Of a DNA stretch of 64,000 nucleotides, positions 35,616 through 43,117 are shown piece after piece (the first letter of the stretch is position 1; every line of letters starts with the position of its first letter). Both the position numbers and the translations under genes were made by a program. The notes below the pieces were generated by a model, which saw only the letters and a list, made by a program, of their open reading frames with translations, ran no database searches and had not been told where the DNA came from. Origin of the DNA: Solirubrobacteraceae bacterium (GTDB lineage Bacteria; Actinomycetota; Thermoleophilia; Solirubrobacterales; Solirubrobacteraceae); NCBI GenBank assembly GCA_034664295.1, contig JAXDHV010000014.1, forward strand, positions 1 through 64,000. The letters are read 5' to 3'.

Positions 35616-36845
35616 ATGACCGCAGCAGCAACAGCAACAGCGACAGCGACAGCAACAGCACCAGGGCCAGAGCACCCGCACGCGCTGGACTTCGCCGAGG
35701 GCCGCGACGACGGGTCCCCGAGCATCGAAGAGGTCCGCGGGTTCTTCGAGCAGTATCGAGAGCACACGAAGATGCCGGCCGAGGAGTACGTGAGGCGCCT
35801 CGCCGATGTCGAGGCCGAGATCGCGATTCACGGCACCTACGTCCACACCACCGACGAGCTCACCGTGGGTGCGCGGCTGGCCTTTCGCAATCATCTGCGC
35901 TGCATCGGCAGGCCGTACTGGCGCTCGCTCGCCGTCCGCGACTGCCGCCACCTGACCTCGGCCGACGAGATCGGCCGCGGTTGTATCGAGCACCTCGAAA
36001 CGGCCGCCAACCGAGGAAAGGTCCGGCCGGTCATCTCCGTTTTCGCGCCGGACGGTCCGCGCGGCCGCGGCCCTCGCGTACGCAACCGCCAGCTGGTCTC
36101 CTACGCCGGATATCGTCTCCCCGACGGATCCGGTCTGGGAGATCCGCAGGGCATCAAGTTGACCGAGCTGGCTCAGAGCCTCGGCTGGTCCCCCGGCACG
36201 CCAGGCCGCTTCGATCTCCTGCCGTTGGTCATCGAGACCCCGGACGGACGGCTCGGTGTCCACGAGATCCCGCCGAGTGCCGCACGCGAGGTCCCGATCT
36301 CTCACCCGACGATTCCGGCGCTCTCCGAGTTGGGGCTGCGGTGGTATGGGTTCCCAACGGTCAGCGACATGGCCCTGTCGATCGGCGGTATCACCTATCC
36401 GCTGGCTCCGTTCAGCGGATGGTACGTCGCGCCTGAGATAAGCGCCCGTGACTTCACCGATCCCCACCGGTACAACCTCCTCCCGCAGATCGCCTCCGCG
36501 TTCGGGCTGGACACCAGGACACGAGGGTCGCTGTGGCAGGACCGCGCGATGATCGAGCTGACTGCGGCGGTCCTGTGGTCCTTTGAGCGCGACGGCATGC
36601 GGATCGACGATCACCACACGGCGAGCGACCGGTTCCACCGTTGGACGCTGGCCGAGAGCCGCCACGGACGAGAGGTCGACGCCGAATGGGCATGGATGAT
36701 TTCACCGCTATCGCCGTCTGCGACGCCTGTGTTTCACCAGACCTACCCCGCACGCCAGCGGTGGCCGAACTTCGTGCGGTTGCCCGGGATCGATGACGAC
36801 ATGCCCAAGGCAACCTGTCCGTACCATGGGCCCGGGCGGACGTGA
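35616..36845 (+). CDS. nos: nitric oxide synthase oxygenase (bacterial NOS)
   Basis: Aligns block by block with Bacillus/Deinococcus NOS: YVHTTDEL, heme-thiolate RCIGRPYW, HIETAANRGKVRPVISVF, LVSYAGY, GDPQ, FDLLPL, EVPISHP, WYGFPTVSDM, GGITYPLAPFSGWY, DHHTASDRF, WMISPLSPSATPVFHQ. The N-terminus carries a (Thr-Ala)n tract. Confidence 0.9.
   Translation: MTAAATATATATATAPGPEHPHALDFAEGRDDGSPSIEEVRGFFEQYREHTKMPAEEYVRRLADVEAEIAIHGTYVHTTDELTVGARLAFRNHLRCIGRPYWRSLAVRDCRHLTSADEIGRGCIEHLETAANRGKVRPVISVFAPDGPRGRGPRVRNRQLVSYAGYRLPDGSGLGDPQGIKLTELAQSLGWSPGTPGRFDLLPLVIETPDGRLGVHEIPPSAAREVPISHPTIPALSELGLRWYGFPTVSDMALSIGGITYPLAPFSGWYVAPEISARDFTDPHRYNLLPQIASAFGLDTRTRGSLWQDRAMIELTAAVLWSFERDGMRIDDHHTASDRFHRWTLAESRHGREVDAEWAWMISPLSPSATPVFHQTYPARQRWPNFVRLPGIDDDMPKATCPYHGPGRT
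35620..35665. repeat. hexanucleotide microsatellite (ACAGCR)n inside the NOS N-terminus
   Basis: gcagcagca acagca acagcg acagcg acagca acagca encodes AAATATATATATA. In-frame unit length is 6 bp. Confidence 0.75.
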
Positions 36846-36867
36846 GCATCGGCTCCGGCAGGCAGTT

Positions 36868-38178
36868 CTAGGCAGGACCCGTCTCGCCGGCGGCGACGGG
36901 CGCTGGGCTCGTGACCCGCAGGCTCAGCAGCTGCTCGACTCGACGGGCTGTCGCGTGGATGCGCTCGGGATGCTCGCCTGGGGTCAGCCGTTCCCGGACG
37001 GAGAGCAGTCCGCACATGTCGAACCCCGCCGGGGCGGCCGCCACGGCATCGCCGACCGCGGCGAGCGGATAGTAGGCGCGGAAGGCGGGATCCTGCGCGG
37101 CCGGGCCCGCCGAGTTCTCCGCGACGATGCCGGTCCGGTAGACGAACCTGATGCACGTGGCCATCCGGCCCGGGTGGCGTTGTCGCGCGTAGCTCGCAGC
37201 CTGATCGGGGTCATGCAGCAGGGCGAGCAGGTGGAGCTCGACGAGATCGATCGCGTGGACGTCGAGGATGTTGCGATAGACGTGGCCACCGCTGATCCGG
37301 GTACTGAACTCCACGACGTGATACCGCCCGTCCCGACCGCGCCGAAGCTCGACGTTGAACAGGGCGTGAACGAGATCGAGTGAGGCCACGAGTGCCGCCA
37401 CGACCCCGACGATCTCCTCCTCGGAGCGGTCGTCTGGCAGCGGCAGCGTGTACAGATCCTCCTCGAAGCACGGGCCCGGGCCGACGTACTTTGCGTGAAT
37501 CCCGCCGAGGTGGAAGTGGCCATCGATCACCACGCCATCGCAGGTCACCTCGTCGCCGGGCAGGTACTCCTCGATCAGGGCCCAGACGTCCGGGAGGTCG
37601 TCGTAGAGGTAATAGACGCGTGAGTTCGCAAAGGCCCGGATGCCCGACAGGGCCGCTCGAACGGCGCGATGATCGCTGGCAAGCACGACGTGGGCGCTGT
37701 TGCCCCCTCGCGTCGGCTTGACGATCCAGGGGCCATCGAGATCGGCGAGCGCGGCGATCGCCGCCTCCTCGTCACGAACCTCCAGGAACGAGGGCGAGGG
37801 TATCGGGTGCTTGGCCAGATGCAGACGCTGGAGGCGCTTGTCCCGGGCGATCGCGTCGGTGGCCGGGCGCGCCCAGGGGACCCCGGCGCGGGCGTTCGCC
37901 TCTCCGACGGCGACGATATCCGCTTCGAGGTAGGTCACCGCGCAGCGGGCGCCGGACTCGTGGATCCGCCGCTCGGTCGCCTCGGCGAGGTCTTCGGTCG
38001 TCGACCCCGAATCGATCAGCGTCACCGTGGCGAACCGCGGGTCGGCGGTTGCCGCCGCCGACTCGCTGACGAGGTGGATCTCCAACCCAAGGCGTGACAT
38101 GCACTCCAGGTGGTCGAATCTCGGGCCGAGACTGTGCCTCATGACGAGGACGACGGGTGTGTTAGTCAGCGCCGACAT
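36868..38178 (-). CDS. ATP-grasp domain ligase (paralog 1)
   Basis: PWIVKPTRGGNSAHV, LIEEYLPGDEV and FNVEL motifs of the ATP-grasp fold. Confidence 0.75.
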   Translation of the reverse strand: MSALTNTPVVLVMRHSLGPRFDHLECMSRLGLEIHLVSESAAATADPRFATVTLIDSGSTTEDLAEATERRIHESGARCAVTYLEADIVAVGEANARAGVPWARPATDAIARDKRLQRLHLAKHPIPSPSFLEVRDEEAAIAALADLDGPWIVKPTRGGNSAHVVLASDHRAVRAALSGIRAFANSRVYYLYDDLPDVWALIEEYLPGDEVTCDGVVIDGHFHLGGIHAKYVGPGPCFEEDLYTLPLPDDRSEEEIVGVVAALVASLDLVHALFNVELRRGRDGRYHVVEFSTRISGGHVYRNILDVHAIDLVELHLLALLHDPDQAASYARQRHPGRMATCIRFVYRTGIVAENSAGPAAQDPAFRAYYPLAAVGDAVAAAPAGFDMCGLLSVRERLTPGEHPERIHATARRVEQLLSLRVTSPAPVAAGETGPA

Positions 38179-39493
38179 CGGGAGTCTGCCTTTCGGTTGA
38201 GAGCCGTGCGGCCATGACGATGAGCGCCACGGCGGTGAAGCCGCCGATCAGACAGACCAGCGGGAGTGCGCTCGAGGCATGCGCGTAGATCAGCGCACCG
38301 CCCGCGGGACCGAGCGCGAACCCGAGCGTCTGGGCTGCCACGAGATAGGACTGATAGCGCGCGACCCTGCCGTCGGGAGCGATGTCGGCCATCGCGTTGC
38401 CTGCGACGGGCGCCAGCAGCATCTCCCCGAAGGTCCAGACCAGGACCCCGCCGGCCACCACGACGGTCGCGCCGGACGCCAGGCATGCCGCCATCCCCGC
38501 GGCGATCAGTCCGGCTCCAAGTCCGAGCGGTACGCGCGGAGACCCGCGACGGGTGAGCGAGCTGATCGGAAGCTCTGCGGCGATCACGATGACCGCGTTG
38601 AGGGCGAGCAGGGCGCCGAAGAGACGCGGGGTGTGTCCGGCCGCGGCGAGGTGCAAGGGCAGGGTCGCGGTGTGCTGGGCATAGACGGCCGCGACGCAGA
38701 AGAAGGCGCTCAGCATGAGCGGGAGCGTGATCGCCGGACCTGCACGGTCCGTCCGGCCCGGCCGAGCAGCGTCGGCCGCGCCCGGGTCGGGGTTGCCCGG
38801 GTCCCACGCGCCGCCGTCGGCCGCGTCGGCCTCGAGTGCACCTGCGGTCGGCGGAGGGCCGGGCGGGGTCCGAGGGAGGCCGACCAGGATCACGAGCGCG
38901 AAGGCGGCGCTGGTCACCGCGTCCACGACGAACAGCGCCCCGTAGGAGTGGGCGGCGATCAAGCCGGCGGTGAGGCCGGCGATCGCAGCGCCGACGTTGA
39001 GGGCCAGACGAAAGAGCGCAAACAGGGGAACGCGCTCCTCCGGGCGGCTGAAGTCGACGAGCAGGGCGCTGGCGGCCGGCACGTAGGATTGGGTGCAGAA
39101 GCCCGACAGACAGACCGCCGCGATGACGGTCGGCCGAGTCGGCGCCAGGGCGACGCACGCAAGGCTCACGGCCGACGCCGCGGCTGACGAGACGAGCGCC
39201 GCGCGCCGGGAGAAGCGGTCGGCGATCCAGCCTCCGGCGAGCGAACCGAGCATCCCGGCGGCGGCGATCGCCGCCAGGATGACCGGCAGGCTGGCGAGCG
39301 CAATTGCCCGGCTCGTCAGGAAGAGAGTGGCGAACGTCGCGAAGTAGGACCCCATCCGGTTCACCAGGACGCCGGCCACGAGGATCCAGACGGGACGCGG
39401 GGCGGTGCGGAGGATCGTCACGACGGAGCGAAGCACCGGCTTCTCGCCGCCGTTCGCCGCCACGGTGGGGATCCGGCGAGGCCGGAGGGGCAT
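38162..39493 (-). CDS. MFS transporter
   Basis: 12 TM segments. Start/stop abut both ATP-grasp genes (TGAn ATG). Confidence 0.8.
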   Translation of the reverse strand: MPLRPRRIPTVAANGGEKPVLRSVVTILRTAPRPVWILVAGVLVNRMGSYFATFATLFLTSRAIALASLPVILAAIAAAGMLGSLAGGWIADRFSRRAALVSSAAASAVSLACVALAPTRPTVIAAVCLSGFCTQSYVPAASALLVDFSRPEERVPLFALFRLALNVGAAIAGLTAGLIAAHSYGALFVVDAVTSAAFALVILVGLPRTPPGPPPTAGALEADAADGGAWDPGNPDPGAADAARPGRTDRAGPAITLPLMLSAFFCVAAVYAQHTATLPLHLAAAGHTPRLFGALLALNAVIVIAAELPISSLTRRGSPRVPLGLGAGLIAAGMAACLASGATVVVAGGVLVWTFGEMLLAPVAGNAMADIAPDGRVARYQSYLVAAQTLGFALGPAGGALIYAHASSALPLVCLIGGFTAVALIVMAARLSTERQTPDVGAD

Positions 39494-40555
39494 TCACGGC
39501 TCCACGGAGAGCGCGCGCCCCGAGACGATCAGGTCGGCCTCGACGGCGTCGAGACGCGCGGCACACTCCTCCTGATCGGAGCCGGTGACGACGGCGAAGG
39601 CCAGCCGGGAGAGGTATTCGCGCGGAGGTAGCCTGAGCTCCTGACCGGGTTCGACGACGCTCTGAAATGACACAAGACCTGGATAGTCGGCATCTGGCCG
39701 CCGGAGTCGCACCTCCTGGATCGCTATGTCCGTCGTCGGATAGAAGAACCGGACCGCGGCAGCACCGCTCACGGCGGCGTGGATCTGAGGCGGCTCGCCC
39801 ATGGCGGCTTCGGCCGCGGCACGGCTGACGTCGACACCGAGCGCCAGCAGCCCGAGATAGGGGATCAGGTCGCCACCCAGGCGGCTGTTGAGCTCGATCA
39901 GGCGGGGACCCCTGGGCGTGAGGCGGAACTCGGTGTGGGTGACGACTCGGTCGAGGCCGACGAGGCGGTGTACACGGCTCACCTGGGCGAGTGCGCCATC
40001 CAAGCCGGCAGTGGGTCGGGGAGGAACGATGTGGCCGAGCTCCTCGAAGTACGGTGCGAGGCCGACGACCTTCTCGGCGACGACGAGCGGTGTCGTCACA
40101 CCCGCGACCGTGATCGAGTCGACGCTGTATTCGGGTCCTTCGAGGTACTCCTCGATCAATACGCCGTCGTAGGAGGAGACCGTCGCACCTATGCGGGCAC
40201 CCGCCGCCGCCAGGAAGGCGCCTGCGATCTCAGCCGGGTCGGAGACGCGAACGACGCCGGCACTACCTCCAAGTCCGCGGGGCTTGAGCACGATCGGGTA
40301 GCCGATCGCCTCCGCCGCGCGAACGGCGGCGGCCAGGTCATGGGCGACGGCGAATCGCACTCCGAGACCCTCGTGTTCGGCGAGCAGAGCCCGCAGCCTG
40401 GCCTTGTCCTTACACGTGCGAATCGCTTCGGAATCGCAATACGGCAAGCCGAGCTCGCCGGCCAGGTCGGCACACAGCTCCACGTAGCGCTCGTCCCAGG
40501 TGAGCAGCCCGGTCGCGCCGGACTCGGCCGCGAGGTCCCTCGCACTCCGCGACAC
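39494..40555 (-). CDS. ATP-grasp domain ligase (paralog 2); true N-terminus probably extends to about 40790
   Basis: GYPIVLKPRGLGGSAGV and LIEEYLEGPEYSVD motifs. In-frame upstream sequence encodes the expected pre-ATP-grasp strand (RALLLVGSGYQAY) but contains no ATG/GTG/TTG. Confidence 0.7.
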   Translation of the reverse strand: MSRSARDLAAESGATGLLTWDERYVELCADLAGELGLPYCDSEAIRTCKDKARLRALLAEHEGLGVRFAVAHDLAAAVRAAEAIGYPIVLKPRGLGGSAGVVRVSDPAEIAGAFLAAAGARIGATVSSYDGVLIEEYLEGPEYSVDSITVAGVTTPLVVAEKVVGLAPYFEELGHIVPPRPTAGLDGALAQVSRVHRLVGLDRVVTHTEFRLTPRGPRLIELNSRLGGDLIPYLGLLALGVDVSRAAAEAAMGEPPQIHAAVSGAAAVRFFYPTTDIAIQEVRLRRPDADYPGLVSFQSVVEPGQELRLPPREYLSRLAFAVVTGSDQEECAARLDAVEADLIVSGRALSVEP

Positions 40556-40798
40556 ATCCGCCCGGTCGTCGAAGTCTGCCTCGACGTGCCAGGTGACGTA
40601 TGGACGCTGCCAGGAGAGGTCCCGCTCGGCTAACAGTGCGACGGGAAAGCGCTCGGCGATCGATCGAAGGCTGTACTCCCGATATGCCTGGTAGCCGCTA
40701 CCGACCAGGAGCAGCGCCCGGCTCGTGCCTGGCAGCGCATCCGCCCCTATGGTCGTTCCTCCGAGTGCATGCAGATGTCTCGCCAGCGGCTCGTCGTG

Positions 40799-40845
40799 CT
40801 CCTTGAGGACGCCGCATTATACGGTCGACGGCCCCGACTTGGCAA
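40799..40845 (-). promoter_or_regulatory. sigma-70-type promoter (-35 TTGCCA, 18 bp, -10 TATAAT) plus AAGGAG Shine-Dalgarno
   Basis: On the minus strand TTGCCA is at 40845..40840, TATAAT at 40821..40816 and AAGGAG at 40804..40799. The -10 box contains the in-frame TAA that caps the ATP-grasp reading frame. Confidence 0.5.
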
Positions 40846-40878
40846 GACTGAGTCTCATCACTTGGTAGCCTTGAGTGA

Positions 40879-41721
40879 GTGGATCAACTCCGCAGGCAGG
40901 TCGACGAGGAGATTCTGAGCGTCGAGAACGTGAGCGTCCGGCTGTCGGGACGGCAGATCCTCCGGGAGGTCGGCTTCGAGATCCGGGCGGGTGAGTTCAC
41001 GGGCCTGATCGGGTCCAACGGAGCCGGCAAGACCACGCTGCTGCGGGTGATCCTCGGGCTCCAGGCAGCGGGCGAGGGCCGGGTTCTCGTGGGTGGTCGG
41101 CCGCGGTCGCGCCGCAATCCGTTGATCGGCTACGTCCCGCAGAAGTTCCTCCTCGACCCGGACATGCCGCTGCGGGCGCGTGACCTGGTCGGCCTGGGTC
41201 TGGATGGCCACAAGCTGGGCGTCGGGCGGCCGTCGCGGACGAAGCGGGCGCTGGTCGACGAGATGCTGCGGGCGGTCGACGCGGAGGACTTCGCCGACGC
41301 GCGGGTCGGCCAGCTGTCGGGCGGCGAGCAGCAGCGGATCCTGATCGCCCATGCCCTGATCGGCCGGCCGCGCCTCCTCCTGGCGGACGAGCCGCTGGCG
41401 AACCTGGATCTCCGCAGCGCCCATGAGGTCGTCGGGCTGCTGTCGCGGATCTCCGCCGAGCAGGGGATCGCGATCCTGATCTCGGCCCACGAGATGAACC
41501 CCCTGCTGCCGGTGCTCGACCGGATCGTCTACCTGGCGGACGGGCGGGCGGCGAGCGGAACCGTCGAGGAGGTGGTCCGCGGGGACGTGCTCAGCGAGCT
41601 CTACGGTCGGCGGGTCGACGTACTCCATGTTTCGGGGCGCGTGTTGGTGGTTGCGGGGACGGGCGACGAGGATTCCCTGGATGACTCGGCCGGCCGCGGC
41701 CGGCTCGAGATCGTCTCGTAG
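40879..41721 (+). CDS. metal (Zn/Mn) ABC transporter ATP-binding protein, ZnuC/MntB-like
   Basis: Walker A GSNGAGKTT, signature LSGGEQQR and Walker B LLLADEP. GTG start. Confidence 0.8.
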   Translation: MDQLRRQVDEEILSVENVSVRLSGRQILREVGFEIRAGEFTGLIGSNGAGKTTLLRVILGLQAAGEGRVLVGGRPRSRRNPLIGYVPQKFLLDPDMPLRARDLVGLGLDGHKLGVGRPSRTKRALVDEMLRAVDAEDFADARVGQLSGGEQQRILIAHALIGRPRLLLADEPLANLDLRSAHEVVGLLSRISAEQGIAILISAHEMNPLLPVLDRIVYLADGRAASGTVEEVVRGDVLSELYGRRVDVLHVSGRVLVVAGTGDEDSLDDSAGRGRLEIVS

Positions 41722-42590
41722 TGCCTGGCGGCGGGCGGGGGGTCGGCCAGGTGTTCTCGGGCTTCATGCTGAACGCGTGGACCGTTGCGACGATCGTCGC
41801 CGTCGTCGCCGGGTTGGTCGGCTTCTTCGTCGTCCTGCGGGGAGCGGCGTTCGTGGCCCACGCGATCCCGAACGGGTCGTTCGCGGGAGCGGCGGGGGCA
41901 AGCCTGATCGGGGTGAGCACGATCGTCGGACTCGGGGTCTTCGCGGTGGTCGGGGCGCTGGGGATCGGGCTGCTTGGCCGGCGGGCCCGCAGTGACGTGG
42001 CGACGGCGCTCGCCCTGGTCGTGATGCTCGGCCTGGGGGCGCTCTTCCTGAGCCTGAGCACCGCGTACGCCCCGGAGATCTACTCGCTCCTGTTCGGCGA
42101 GGTCCTCGGCGTGTCAAGCCAGCAGATCGCGCCGACGCTCGGGCTGGCGGTCGTCTGCGTGGGGGCGCTCGGAGCGATCTACCGGCCACTGCTGCTCTCG
42201 TCGGTGCTCGGCGAGGTCGGTGAGGCACGGGGCGTCAGCCGCTTGCGGGTGGAGCTGTCGTTTCTGGTCGTGGTGGCCCTTGCGACGACGATGACCGTCC
42301 CGGTCGTCGGGACGCTCCTGATCTTCAGCCTGATGATCGGCTCGCCGGGGGCCGCTCGATCGTTCACGAGCAGGCCGGGCCGGGCGATCGGCCTGTCGGT
42401 CGGGATCTCGTTGGTGACGGTCTGGACGTCGATCGCGGCGTCGTATGCGACCGACTATCCGGTCGGCTTCTTCGTCGGCAGCCTGAGCGCCGCGGCCTAC
42501 GGAATCGGCCGGGCCTGGAGCGTTGGCCGCGAGCGGCGGAAGGAGCGCTCGGCCGGGGGGCTGGCGTTCGGCGGGGCCGGACCGTCGTAG
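41721..42590 (+). CDS. ABC-3 family metal transporter permease, ZnuB/MntC-like
   Basis: Eight-TM permease typical of Zn/Mn importers. No binding-protein gene is adjacent. Confidence 0.75.
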   Translation: MPGGGRGVGQVFSGFMLNAWTVATIVAVVAGLVGFFVVLRGAAFVAHAIPNGSFAGAAGASLIGVSTIVGLGVFAVVGALGIGLLGRRARSDVATALALVVMLGLGALFLSLSTAYAPEIYSLLFGEVLGVSSQQIAPTLGLAVVCVGALGAIYRPLLLSSVLGEVGEARGVSRLRVELSFLVVVALATTMTVPVVGTLLIFSLMIGSPGAARSFTSRPGRAIGLSVGISLVTVWTSIAASYATDYPVGFFVGSLSAAAYGIGRAWSVGRERRKERSAGGLAFGGAGPS

Positions 42591-42630
42591 GGCGTCAGCC
42601 GATCCCGTCGTAGGGCGTCAGCCGATCGAT
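42583..42630. repeat. 23-bp tandem duplication at the convergent znuB/rpiB junction
   Basis: ccgtcgtagggcgtcagccgatc occurs twice in tandem, spanning the znuB stop and the rpiB stop. Confidence 0.6.
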
Positions 42631-43055
42631 TCGAGGTGTTCGATGTTGGCCCGGTCGTCGGGCTCGGAGCTCGGCGGGGTCTCAAACCAGGCGTCGAGGA
42701 TCTCGACGAGGACGGCCGGGGTCGTCGTGCGGAGGCTGAGGGCGAGGACGTTGGCGTCGTTCCATCGCCTGGCTCCGGCGGCGGTCTGAGCATCGCCGCA
42801 GAGGGCGGCTCGAACTCCGGCTACCTTGTTGGCGGCGATCGACGCGCCGGTGCCGGTCCAGCAGCAGACGATCGCCTGGTCGGCCACCGAGTCGGCGACA
42901 TCGCGGGCGGCGGCCTCGGCAGACCACGCCCAGTCGTCGCGCTCGGAGTCGGCGAGCGCGCCGTGGAGGATCGCGTGATGGCCCCGCCGTCGGATCTCGG
43001 CGACCAGCTTCCCGGTCAGGTCGGCGGGTTCGTCGGCAGCCAGCGAGATGCGCAT
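42618..43055 (-). CDS. rpiB: ribose-5-phosphate isomerase B
   Basis: MRISLAADEPA...GHHAI... and CCWTGTGASIAANKVAGVRAAL match the RpiB/LacAB family. Confidence 0.85.
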   Translation of the reverse strand: MRISLAADEPADLTGKLVAEIRRRGHHAILHGALADSERDDWAWSAEAAARDVADSVADQAIVCCWTGTGASIAANKVAGVRAALCGDAQTAAGARRWNDANVLALSLRTTTPAVLVEILDAWFETPPSSEPDDRANIEHLESIG

Positions 43056-43117
43056 GTCCCCAGTATGGACTGGTAGCCGCACGCAGGGAAAAGCCGCAGT
43101 CACCTACGCTTCACGAG

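Noticed and set aside
35478-36665. 395-aa minus-strand ORF antisense to nos
   Set aside because: nos is unambiguous on the plus strand. The antisense ORF includes the VAVAVAVA translation of the microsatellite and has no homology.
36878-36900. Hairpin CCCGTCTCGCC..GGCGACGGG between convergent nos and ATP-grasp genes as a bidirectional terminator
   Set aside because: It lies inside the last codons of the ATP-grasp coding sequence, is imperfect and has no U-tract.
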